Positions 45,601 through 57,400 of a DNA stretch of 64,000 nucleotides are shown here, in pieces (within the stretch, counting starts at the first letter, position 1; each line of letters opens with the position of its first letter). The position numbers were made by a program, and so were the translations under genes. The notes under the pieces were generated by a model, which searched no databases, had not been told where the DNA came from, and saw nothing but the letters and a program-made list of their open reading frames with translations. This stretch comes from an uncultured virus (IMG/VR IMGVR_UViG_3300001344_000002) (taxonomy: Duplodnaviria > Heunggongvirae > Uroviricota > Caudoviricetes), in the IMG/VR virus record IMGVR_UViG_3300001344_000002. The stretch is one strand, 5' to 3'.

Positions 45601-48424
45601 TTCTTTTAATTTTAAATATTTTATCCATAGAAGATAAAAGAAAATCAGCTGATGTAGCTAGATCTTTTGAATACAGTTCTGCTCCATCAATATCTGGAAC
45701 CATCTTAAGTATATCTTCTATATCATCAACAGTAAATGTCTTTCCACTATGTGACTGTAGTATGTTGTTTTTATCTTGACTCATTCCATCTTGAGACAAT
45801 TGTAAAGTCAAATCATAAACATAATTAAGAATAGCTTGATTTACTATACCTTCCCCTTCTCCATTTCCTTTTATTGTTGGTGCACCTAATAGCTTTACAA
45901 GTTCAATATTAATCTGACCTATCAAAGATCTTTGTGTTGCATTAATATCAGTGTTGTCTTCTATTAGATAAAGACCATCAAATGTGGTTAAGAACTTATT
46001 AAAGTTCATTACATATCTAATATAATTTGGATCTTCAGCAACATTCTTTGGATCAATAACATAAGCAGAAAACTTTTTCATTTCAGTTAATGAGTCCCTT
46101 AGTATTTTAGTATATGCAACAGACTGAGCCACAGGACCTTCTGCCTTAGCAACATTAATATATGCTAACGTGTTAGCAATTGTTTCTTTATGATCTTCTT
46201 TAGACCTATCACTAAATATATTTGCTTCAGTCATTTCCCTAACTCTAGCTTCATCAACCAAAGCTTCATAATAATTATCTAGTGCTACACTAATAGTGCT
46301 TTCTGCAGGATATAATGATGGATCTACTTGCTCAGCTAGAGTTTCTATTTCAGAATCTTTTCTATCTACATCATAAAGTCCTTCTTCTAAATCTTTAGAT
46401 AATTTCTTTACTTCATCATCTGATACAGTATATGCAGCATATGGTATTACAGAATCTACGTGATTATCATTTTGAAATTGAGGATGAGATATATGACCAT
46501 GAAATTGTAATGCTTTACCTTTATAGCTTAATATTAAACTTTGTACAGCATTATCTCCATAAACAATATCATATCCTTGATTTTGTGCCATTCTTCTAAT
46601 TAAGCCTACCTCCACCTGATCTTGAACTGATAATGTTAATTTATCATCCTTTAATAAGTTTCCTTCTTCTAAATCAATTTTATCTTGATAGTATGAGCTT
46701 TTCTCCAGGTCTTGTTTTAATACACCTTTAATCCAAGACTTTGGATTTTTTGTCATAACATTAGCCTCATTGATTTGTATCTTTAATATTTTAAAATGAC
46801 CAACTCTATTTAATATAACCACATCAGCAATACCTGCTGTGTCAGTTAATTGATCATAGAATACTACATTTGTTAGCATTCTATCAGTTGTGTTCATTGT
46901 AGTTTGTAATTCTTGTACTAAATTATTAAATGCGTTTTGAGCAAACTCAGGTGTTAAACCAATAAGTTTATCTTGAATACTTTCAAATGATTCATCAATT
47001 GCAATTGCATCCAACATTAAACTTATATCTTGTTTAACTTCAATTGTCTTTTGAGATTCTTTCTTTCTACCAACAACATCTGAGACTGACTTAACTTCTT
47101 TTCTATTTGTTAGGTTGTAAAATTTACCGTCTTTTTTATTTAAAATAACTAGTGGATCACTATTTTGTATAGCCACTTCAGGTCCTGCACTAACAGATAA
47201 TGAATCAGCTTCTTGTTTTGAAGCATTTACTTTGTGTGTTAGTCTATCAATAATACGCTTTTGTAATTCATTTGATTTTCCCTTTACTCCATCTACCACC
47301 TTTTGTTTTCTAGGAGATAAATTATATTTTACTTTACCGTTAGTTTGTGATGTATCTATATTAAATACTATACCTGTTGTATTTAATAATTTAGCAATAT
47401 CAGATAAGCTAGCTCGTTCAGATATATTATCTATATTGATAGTTCTACCGGTAATTACTTCATTTAAGTTTTTAATTATTTTTGATAACCACTCTAATAA
47501 TTCACGGATCTTATCCATAAAACTTTGTGGTGGAGCTTCCTCATACTCATTATTATAATGTCTAGATAATGCTTGAGTAATTAATTCCATCTCTCTATCT
47601 ACCGCACTAACATTTCTTTTGCTGTTATAAGCATCATCTATTTGTTGTTTCATAACAGGAAATGTTTTACCTGCTTCTGATAATAAACCCTCAAATAATT
47701 TTATATTACTTACTCTTACAGCTTCTACAAATGGGTGAAGCACCTCTTCTATTGCTATCTCATCGGTAACCCTACCTTTTATAAGAATAACATTATTCTC
47801 TACATAAAATGAATTAATTTGATCAAAAGGAACTTTTGACTTTCTCCACTGTGGTATTTTTTCATAAAGTGCTTTTGCTTCACTTACTGATTTCATAGAG
47901 ACATTTAGTCCAGGAATCAGCTTCATTAAATGCATAACTACGTGTCTTGTTCTAGGCTTGTCCCAAGCTCTTGATGACTCAAGCATATCTATTGGGCTAA
48001 ACATGCTGCTGTCTATACTTACAGTATATGTCTTTGGTGTTTTAGAAATAAGCACTGACTCAGCCGGAATATTATTTATATCTAAATATCTTTCTAACCT
48101 TCTTCTATTTGCTTCAACTAATTCATTACTTGGTTGTAAAGTATCTCTGTCAGTATTATTTATAAAATACTTACCTTGAAAGCTATGTATAATACTAAGT
48201 CTTCTTAGATTGTTTAGTAATGACTGACCAAAATCTAATTGCTTTAAGTTATAAAGTGTTTGTTTATTAGTAATAAATTCTATTGCTTCTGCAACAGTAG
48301 GTATTGTATCCGTTTTTGTAAATGCTTGATACTGATCAATTATATTTCCTGTAGCCGCATCCGTACCATACTCTTGTTTTAAAGACTGGTATTCTGCTGT
48401 ATTTTTGTTATGACATTTACTCAT
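42659..48424 (-). CDS. giant virion cargo/ejection protein (1921 aa)
   Basis: Position next to the RNAP gene; degenerate zincin-like and nuclease-like segments; C-terminal QFHKW..P...R.....EGRY block. Confidence 0.75.
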   Translation of the reverse strand: MSKCHNKNTAEYQSLKQEYGTDAATGNIIDQYQAFTKTDTIPTVAEAIEFITNKQTLYNLKQLDFGQSLLNNLRRLSIIHSFQGKYFINNTDRDTLQPSNELVEANRRRLERYLDINNIPAESVLISKTPKTYTVSIDSSMFSPIDMLESSRAWDKPRTRHVVMHLMKLIPGLNVSMKSVSEAKALYEKIPQWRKSKVPFDQINSFYVENNVILIKGRVTDEIAIEEVLHPFVEAVRVSNIKLFEGLLSEAGKTFPVMKQQIDDAYNSKRNVSAVDREMELITQALSRHYNNEYEEAPPQSFMDKIRELLEWLSKIIKNLNEVITGRTINIDNISERASLSDIAKLLNTTGIVFNIDTSQTNGKVKYNLSPRKQKVVDGVKGKSNELQKRIIDRLTHKVNASKQEADSLSVSAGPEVAIQNSDPLVILNKKDGKFYNLTNRKEVKSVSDVVGRKKESQKTIEVKQDISLMLDAIAIDESFESIQDKLIGLTPEFAQNAFNNLVQELQTTMNTTDRMLTNVVFYDQLTDTAGIADVVILNRVGHFKILKIQINEANVMTKNPKSWIKGVLKQDLEKSSYYQDKIDLEEGNLLKDDKLTLSVQDQVEVGLIRRMAQNQGYDIVYGDNAVQSLILSYKGKALQFHGHISHPQFQNDNHVDSVIPYAAYTVSDDEVKKLSKDLEEGLYDVDRKDSEIETLAEQVDPSLYPAESTISVALDNYYEALVDEARVREMTEANIFSDRSKEDHKETIANTLAYINVAKAEGPVAQSVAYTKILRDSLTEMKKFSAYVIDPKNVAEDPNYIRYVMNFNKFLTTFDGLYLIEDNTDINATQRSLIGQINIELVKLLGAPTIKGNGEGEGIVNQAILNYVYDLTLQLSQDGMSQDKNNILQSHSGKTFTVDDIEDILKMVPDIDGAELYSKDLATSADFLLSSMDKIFKIKRIEFLDKVKLREKRLREGGAAILSLDTETDLQKLYDFMLEFDEEGNFTGLYTQRIGQQYYSQKTALRDELYDINGKPIKYRPVHSLVNAKQKDLDYNKQVYLKRKAFGDFMNAEVYEDGQLRSGKYHKYTDDFIKIRAKFEYFQPWSNGEGGNWVQKSGVSKQAYESFRRKYYQEQPYTKMYKDAQKDPTGVIIENQSYPSVRPDYVEAKDSYIDSKGQEVSLLSKKYEAIMNPTDALGQARKNFYDIFISDYESMLNALPKSVRNKMLGKVPIIRNNLVRDLTERPPIFTKLLPRMVRSVRQFFTTTSTQRIVQVDNDGNLIDTLPVYYTGSAGVDGALEQVQNEMEVLRQERKEGKITLNVFEKKRAQLEAQFASLRNKPTKGQLEKDMVKSMIKFSTMAENFEAMSEIEDSLQAIVKVIEMRQYQAPGATTYVGKLYDKAKGSITKEVGKKNYDGLQSNAARRAHHYMKMTFYDNDQITQGAIEKTTNLLVNASSLAYVAFNVFGNFNNLTIGQLNNAIEAMGGLYFTGQGYKRAQQDFAYTAVQGIIQRTPDTIGDFADFTGRVATLNKVKLKKGNYDIKKPLSLYEWLSDHYYMMDNDADIRETFSGREDTGTLWERFTSFGYSFNQGAEYYAQSTVGHAILYSTFLTDGNETLSIREAWDWDAETQTATLKEGFDTVIDKRTGFTQPYNNTYRARLRNRIREVNKQIHGNYAREDRMVIQNNFLGILIAQFHKWVMPAFRARFQQQYYDQNLGWIEGRYKSMYKFIKYLGGVSKYGGKVMQGQGMGSYGTNLGASFKEAYGYSENLDGEEFYDANKGNMLLKNVYRTLGEAFLIMNLFILTSILKGADDDDEGLERKLKNFIAYTAVRSRKEMVMFVPVPGLGGFQQLYQMAKTPIASTRTLGELGEAMELTVQTPIKWLFLSDEEFLQDSSIVYQNKPRKGELKLAKNWYDVLPLLYSIQKYFSFEKNNDFYIK

Positions 48425-48433
48425 TGCTTTCTA

Positions 48434-51400
48434 TTAAATTCCTAATATACATTTCTTTACATAATCCTCAAAAGCCTCTTCTGATTTGAACTCAGTATTT
48501 GGACTATTATAAAAGTCCACCATACCTTCAAGAGAATCTAAATTATTATTTTCTAATATATCTCTATAAGCAACTATATCTCCTCCAACCCCAGGCACTG
48601 TAAAGATACTATTATAAAATGAACTAATGACAGGATATTTATCACTAATCTCAGTATCAAAGTCAAAGGTAAGTTGTTGTCTCTCTTCTGTTTCTACTGG
48701 CATATTTTCTTGTGCATCCACTATACCTGTTGCTTCAGTTTCAACATTTTCTTCTGCTTGTTCATCTGACTTTAATATAGAGTCTAATAAACCGGTATCT
48801 GAAATATTAATGGCTTTTTGAGAATCTTCAGCTGTAAAATTGATTTCATCTTCTGTTGCTTCAATTGTTGCATTTTCATTTGCTAATGCTTGATTTTGTG
48901 GTGAATTTACAGGAGGTGCCATTTGCTCTACTGTCATTGCACCAAATGATTCTGCACCGTAAGCACTTTTCATTTCACCTTTATTCCTGATGTTATCCCT
49001 ATTCTCTAAAGTAGTAGGTCTTTCTCCAAACATAAACCCAATACCATTTTGATAATAAGAACCTTCCATTTGACTTAGTTTATAATTTGCTTTTTTCTTA
49101 TCTATATTATCTAGTACATATAGCTGGCTAAAACCGGTTATTGCATCTGCAAAATTTATATATCTAGGTAATGCATCTGGGTCACCATCTTTATCCATAG
49201 TATAAACTACATTACCTTCTTTTGATGTGTAACGTGAATTTATATCTAAAGGATCACCAACCGTAATTGTTTTAACTTTTGAGTTAGTTGATGCAGATTT
49301 AAAATAACCATTCTCAAAATAATCAACTAAGTCATTACGCTCAGCACCAAATGTTTCTAACCAACCTTTATTAGTTAGAAAAACATCATTAACATTGTTA
49401 ATTTGTTGTAAGTATTCATCCATCACAAATGGAGAAATAGCATCTAACAAACTTCCCTTAGCTGCCTGTAAACCATCTTTAACCATTATATAGTTAACTA
49501 TAGTCATAGCATCTTTTCTTAAAAGTGGGTTGCCATAAAGTTTAGTAAATGATGTTTGCAAATCAACTTTTTGTTCTTTATCTAATCCTCTCCATGTGTT
49601 AGCTTGTAATAAATTCATACCTGTAATGTTTGTTTCTGCAAACATGGGTACCATAGTAACAAAACTTTCTAAAAAGAAGTTCCCCTTATCTGCTTGACTC
49701 AATCTATTAACTGCATCAAATATTGAATTCTCAAATTCATTAGGGTATAGTAATTGGTTTGTAAGTGTTGCACCATCTTTTACTTCAGACTCCTTAGTCT
49801 TTTGTCTATAAGCTTGTATAGTAAAGAAAGAAAGCATATCTCTTTTTACTTTCTGTTGATCTAATACAGTAAACGTTTTTTTGTTAGTGCTTAAATTTCT
49901 AGAAATCTTTTTATATATTTCATTAAATGCTGGAGTACCTGAAATAAATGTAGCAGGAATTAAATTAAAAGCAATTTGATTAAATACATCTATATTTGAT
50001 TTAACCCAACTATTTTCTAGTATTGGGCTAATATCCATCATTGGTTCTTGCGTACCTGGTAATACACCTATGTCTCTAAAGTCATCAACTCTTTTTTGTA
50101 TATCACTAAAGTTAGATCCAATACCACGGCCAGACATAGAAGTTATAGAAGCCATTTTACCAGTAAAACTTGATATAGAATTTAAATTGTTTATAACAAG
50201 CAATATAGATTTTTGTTCTTGTTTAGTAAGTTCTTCTCCTCTTACAGCTTTTTCTATTGTTTCTAATCCAACCTGTGGACCAGCGTTAACTTTCTTTAAA
50301 CCTTTAAGTTGTTGTTTTACTAATGATGTAAAGCTTGCATCAAACTTATCTACTTTGTTATTAGCTTCAGCAAATAAGTCCCTAACTAATTTACCATTCA
50401 GTAATAAAACAGCATCAGTTAAAGGTACACCTAAGGAAACTGCATTTACTGCAAGACCAACTGCTGATGGATGCATTCCTAATTTAGCAACATAGTTTTC
50501 TTTTGAGTTATCTGTAAGCATTGTTATTATAGAAGATATCTCATCTTGAATTCTTTTGCCATAAGTGTTTAGCTTTGTACCAAAACTATCATATGTTTGC
50601 CCTCTTAAATTAAATGCTAAGCTGCTCTGTATGTATCCTCCTTTTGTTTTAACAATTGAGCCTCCTACATTAATTTTATACTCACCTAATAAACTTAAGT
50701 ATAGGTTTGGTGATACAGCTTTACCAATAGCAGCTCCTTTGTTTACTTCAAAAGATACTATCTTACCTGTAATACTATCAACATCAATATTTTCATTATC
50801 TAATCTAGCAACATAATCTGGTGCAACCTTCTTTAATTCTTCATAAGCTTCTTCTATAGCAGTCAAAGAAGCTGGTGTAACTGATATCTCTTTTACAGCC
50901 TCATTACCCATTAACGCATACTTATAATCTAAAACATCATTGTTTAAAGGTGCTTGATATGGCTCATCATTTTTCTTTACATAATCGTTATACTGTGATC
51001 TTGTAATTGGAAGTCCTAACCTTGAGGCAGCCTTTATTGCTCTATCTGAAAAATCAGAATCTATAAGCTCTGCATCAGTAAATGAATCTTCTAACTTACT
51101 TCCTTGATCAGTAAAAGAAGCAGCAGCCTGTGAATATATTGTATCCTTATTTACAGCTTGATTTATATATCTTACATAATCTGTATATTCTCTACCTGGC
51201 GTCTTACCATAAGCATAAAAAGTATTATCATTCTTATCATAATAAGATTCTTTTATTTGCACATATGCTGTATCTATATCAAAATCTGCTCCTGATATCT
51301 GAACAAGTTCAGAGGCAAACATTGCAGAAGACCCATAGTATGCAGGCATAAAATCTACAAGCTTTACATTCATAGAAGAATGATTATCTTGTGAAGGTAT

Positions 51401-54400
51401 ACGTACAGCAAACATTTTACCTATAGAATCTGGTATAGCAACATTAGGTTTTCTTTGTAATTGATTATATATATCAGCACTATGTGCAGCAAAAACTCCT
51501 TCACTATAATATTGTCCAGTGCGTTTTCCATTCTGATCATACTCAGCTAGTTGATACCTTAATCTATCTCTTACTAAAATTCCTTTTCCATTAGATGGAA
51601 ACTTAAAGTCAGCACCTAAGTTATTTACTTCAAGATTTAAAACAGTTTCACCTTCTGGTACACCACCTCTTATAACTTCATTTCTACCTAACCTGCCGTT
51701 ATCCTCCATACTAAAGACACGTCTAAGTACAGTAAAACCTTTGTCTGATACTAAAGCTAAACCGTGACCAGGTATCTTCTCTTGAAATACACCTTGACTA
51801 AAGTAACTCATAAATAACTGTTCAGCCTTAGCAATACTAATAGGATTGTTTATATTGTATTTTACTTCACCAGTTGTAGGATCAACAGTAAAAAACTCCA
51901 TAAGATTCGTGCTAGCTTTAGATGCTTTTAATGAGTTTATTGCATACTTTAAAAAGACTTGTAGATTGGGTGTAATAGTATTTTTTTGCTTGCCTAATGA
52001 AAACTCAGACATTAAACCTTCAAAAGTATATATAAGATTTCTTTTGTCTTTAAACTTTAGTGCAATTCTTTTACTTAACGTTTTATTATACAACCTTCTT
52101 ACATCACCAATATCTTTAACATTAGGCATTCCTTTTATTTGTACAGGTGTGCTATCTATTTGTTCAGATGTAGCCAAAGCTTTTATCTGAGATTGCTCAG
52201 TTATTATATCTTTATTGGTTTTTGTTTTTACTTGCTCTCTAAAATACCTTGCATCTAATTGTATTGATGGTTCTATTATATCATTTCCAAATGATTGCAC
52301 ATTAGTCTTTAACATTTTAAAAGCACTCTTTGGTCCGGCAAAAGTAATATCACCTAAGTTTCTTTCCATTGCTTCCATGTTTAATCTTAACCTATTCAGA
52401 TCAGGATTATTTTTTGTAAGATCTTCCGTTAAAGCAATAGCAGAAAACTTTATATAAGTCTTACCATCAAAGTAAACATACTTCTTAGAGTTTAACATTT
52501 GATTAGTTTTAGCTAAACCTTGAGGTCCATATAAATCTTCTGCAGTAAGAGGTGTGCCATCCTCAATTTTGTCCAATGCTAGTGCTCCAGCTTTTGTTAA
52601 ATTTCCTAGTGATGATTGTGCATGTCTATGAAATTTAACTGTTGTAAATACTTGTGCATCTGCATTATCTATTGATTCACCATTAAACTCAGAAAATATT
52701 GTTGGCTCATTTAAAATTATAGCATTTATATTTTCAGTACTTTCAAATACACCAAATTCAGGATTAGATACAGGAGAATATATACTATCTCCAGCAGCAT
52801 TCTGTCCTTTAGCTCTTTTAATTTGCTTTATAGAATCTTCAAGTATTACAGCTTGATCACCTAATAATAATTCATTTAATGACTTAGTATTTAAATAATC
52901 ATTTAAAAATATTTGTTTTAAGTTATGAGTTTTATTATCTGTTAAGTTAAGTTTTCTAGATGCTGCTCTTGCATTTTGTTGTGCTACAGCTCCTTCAACT
53001 CCATCTAATAAACCTTTCTCTAAAAGTCTAGATATTTTACTATCTACTTCTAAAGTGTTTACCATCTCCATAAAAGATTCAAACTTTTTATCAAGCTGGG
53101 TTTCTATTATTGTGTTTATACTCTGACTACCTAAAGCTTCTTTAACTGCCTTATCAAAAGAAGGTGGGTTTTCTTGTGTAGCAGATATCTCTAGTGAATC
53201 TTTTAGCTCTTGAGAGATTAAATCTTTTGCATTAAACATAAGATTCATTCTCATCAAACCATCCTGATCTGGAACATTGTAACCTTCTATTGCTTTTGGG
53301 ATCTGTATTACATCACCTGTCTTAGTAGTAATTTCTTGAAAAGGTAAATTTCCTTCCTCACTATTTTCTCTGACAATTCTATTATACTCATTTTCTATAA
53401 AATCAGATACATGACCTAAGTAGTCAGGAGATATTCTTAACCCTTCATCTACTGCTTTTACAACAGGTAATAATACTTGATCATTTGTATTAGAAGATTC
53501 CATTATCCTAATTAAGATTGGTGCTACTGCAGCAGAATCCATTTTAGTTTTTAAAGTGTTATTCCTAGAGTTATAATCAAACAAGTAATTGTTTATAATA
53601 GATGTAGTAAGTTGTTTAGGTGTAAAACTGCCATACTCTGTTGTACCTATAACACCATCTTGATATGAATCTAGATTAGCACTTCTATCTAATGTCTTAA
53701 CTTCTTTTAAACCAGATAACCTTAAAATTTGTAGCTGGTTAGCTTCTGACATGCTTAAGAATTCTTCACTATTTAATAGATAATTATTTTGTAAAAATTT
53801 ATCTGATTCTAATCTATTTATCTCAGCCTCTTTATTTAAATTATAAACTTTTTCTAAATGAAATGTAGGCTTCTGATGTGCATTGACTAAATCACCATTT
53901 ACATTTCTAAATACTGACAAACCAACTGTCTCATCAAGCAATGCATTATTAACAGCTAATTTTTTTAATCTTGAAATTGCCCCTTCATTTTCTGAATTAA
54001 ATAAATCTCCATTTTCTTTAATAATATCTTGTAGCCAAAACATATCGGCTGCTAGAATAGGCTTTACTTCATTATTGAATTGAAGTATAGATTCTTGATT
54101 GCTAGTTTCTGTTTGATTTGAGGCAGACAATATACTATACTTAACATACAACGGACTTAACTTAATGCCCACACCTTCAAATAAATCTTGTGCTAATTTT
54201 TTAGATATGTTATCTAAAGGAACATCCTCATACCCTTCTGGTTGAATTAACTCATCATAAATAGCATTAACTGATCTTGTAGCAGCTTTTTTCTTTTCTT
54301 TATTTATTTTCCAATCTAAAGACTTAGTTGTATAAGCTTGACCCCATAGTTCATTTTGAGTATGTGTGTCATCTCTCTCAGCCGCTGAAAAAGATATTAC

Positions 54401-57400
54401 TTCATTGGTATTGTCTTGTTGTAAGAATATCCAATTTACTTTATAGTTAGTAAATCCTTTTGTAATTTGATTAAACAACAAAGGATTTTTGATTTCCTGA
54501 GGCAGTTGTATATCAGATATCTCAGATACATCATGATAATTTATTCCTATATCATTAAATATGCTTTCTACTGCAGCTTTAGTATTAGGGTTATTACCAC
54601 TAAATGTATACATGCGTTGTAATATCTTTAGAGGATCTGTCTCATTCTTAACAGATTTGATTATACCATTGTAAGTTTTAAAAGAGTTTATTGGTATAAC
54701 TAATTTTTCACCACTTTCTAATTGCTCATTACCAAATGCATCTGTATATGGCATTGTTATAGTAGAAAGGTATTGTCTTATATATGTTGGTAAAGATGCC
54801 AGCCCTCCACTCATATATGCTTCTTTACCAAACTGAGTTACATTTCTTAATCCTTCATTGTTTTCATACTCATCAATATTGTTATCAATGATTTGTTGTT
54901 GTACATCTATAAGTTGTAAAACTTCAAATACAGATTTGTATACTGGGCTATCTTCAATCTTTTCTGATGCATTAAATGTAAGTGCATCATGTATTCTTTC
55001 AAGTTGCTCAATGGCCGCTATATTAGAAGCTTCTTGAGAAGAATTATACTTACTATTAATTGGGTTTGTTACGTTATATAACCAAGCAAAATCTTCTAGT
55101 ACATCTTCAAATATATCTGCATTACTTATTTCTGGATCTATGTTTTCAGTTTTTCTACTAACATAACTAGCAGCCATACTACTAATTAAATTATTAGCAA
55201 TGTTACTATCTAGATATAAATAACCTTTACTACCATTAACTTGCAAACCTTCGTATGGTAATATAGCATTAGCTATAATTACTTGTGGGCTTGGGTCTAA
55301 TGTAAAATCATTAGCAACTACTGATGCTTGTGCATATTTGGCAGAATCAATATTCTCAAACAATGTTTGCAGTTTATTTTTATTGTATGTACTAAATAAT
55401 GATTTAAACCATTCTATTATTCTTGTAAAGAATGATTTAACTTCTGCATCTATTTTTGTTTCTTTAGGATTAGTTTTAAATATTTCAAACTGATCCGCCA
55501 TGTACTCTTCATAGTATCTGTTTTCTAATTCTATATCAGACATATTAGCATAAGTGTCTGCAGAGTTTCTGAACTTTTTTAGTTCAGTTGAAATTGATTT
55601 GCCTTCTGACCTAAGTGATTCTCTCTTTTGTTTTTTAGCAAAAGACAATAAACTTTTTTGTTCTTGTGGTGTAAGTAGCATCCTATATACACCATGAAAA
55701 GCTTCATGATATCTAAAAGGATTAGATGCTCCAGTATATAATGTACCACTTGCTCTTAACCCCCCACTTACAGAAGATAGATCTAAAGCAAATGCTCCAA
55801 CTCTAACTCCACCAGCTTTCATATTATTACCTAGTGATTCAATATCAGCTATATTAATAAATGAAGGCAAGTTTGTTTTAGCCCACTCAGTAAATATATT
55901 GATGTCTTCTACATCTCTTTTGGATAACCTAGGAGATAAAATTTTATTAGCTGGACCAATCAGGTCCTCTCTTTGCTTTAATAAGTCTTGATATATTTTA
56001 TCTTTTCTTAATGCTCTTACCTTTTTCTTTTCACCTACTTGTTCAGATATCTCTAATTCTCTTTCAGCTATCTGATTATTTATTGCATCTATAGGAGTTT
56101 GTGCAATTAGAGTAAGGTCAATATCATTTTTTTGATCTTTAGTAACTGTAACTTTTAATATATCTTCAATCTCTTGACTCTTGGCTTGACGTATTGCCCT
56201 CTCTCTTTGTGAAAGTTGTTGACCTGTTTTAATTTTATCAGCAATAGATTGTATTACTTTAATTTCTACTACACCATTATTAGTAAATTCTAAAAATGCT
56301 TCACTAGATATAGTATCATCTTCAGACTTGTCAAATGCTTTTTCAACATTTTCTTGACTTATCTTATCACCAAGATTAGTAATTGCTCTAGCTCTTGCTC
56401 TAGCAGGATCCTCTCTTCTTTCTTCAGTATCTTCTACTCTTTTTAATTTATCTGGCTCAAGTTCTGTTCTAGGTCTAGCTAAGAATATACCTTTATCTTT
56501 TGTAGCTTGGATAGCACTAGCACTTGCCTCAACATTAATAAACTGACCTGTTCTAATTTCTGGACCTAGCTTGGTAACTAAGTCTTGCATTAACATGTCT
56601 ATAGAAGCATCTAATGGTATTGACTTTCTAAAGTTGTTGATACTTAAAGTCTCTACACCAACCTCATTTCCTTTTGGATCACTAATAATCTTTTCAGAAA
56701 ATCTTTCCAAATGCTGTATTGTAGTTCCTTGCTTTTGTTGATCAGCTGCATTATAATATACTTTGCCTTTTTTACCTGTATACTTATTAAATAGATCTGC
56801 TCTTAATGCCCCATCAGGTGCAACATCTATAGTTACATTTACTCCTTTTGGCCCACTAATAAAGAACTCACCATAATCTTTAATAAATTGTAATTTAAAC
56901 TCATCATTAAAACCTTTGTCTTTAATAACTTTCTTACCATTCTTAGTAGTCATGTTATCTTTATTAGCAACACTTGCTTGCTGCAATAAATCATTAAACA
57001 TTTTAATTACAGTATCTTCTTCTACTCTAATTGCTTTTGCAGTTGCTAATGTCATTAATCCGTTAGGCTGTTCAATAGGCATTATATATCTATCAGTATA
57101 ACCTCCATTTGGACCAGTCTTATCACCGCTTATCATTTTATTCCAAAGACCTGCATCTTTAAGATTATTTTCTATTCTATCTGCCAATTCAGTTTTAGCA
57201 TCAGATTTTAAATTAGATATAATTGTAGGTTCATCACCTACCATATTACCAGCAGAATCTCTTTTTATATCATAGATAATTATAGCACCATCTGTAGTAG
57301 TACTTTGAGATAATTGACTTAATGAAATTTCTGGGTTAGTTCCTTTTTTATAAGCAGGTATACCATCACTTCTTGTTATCTTTAACCCTTCTGATAAAGT

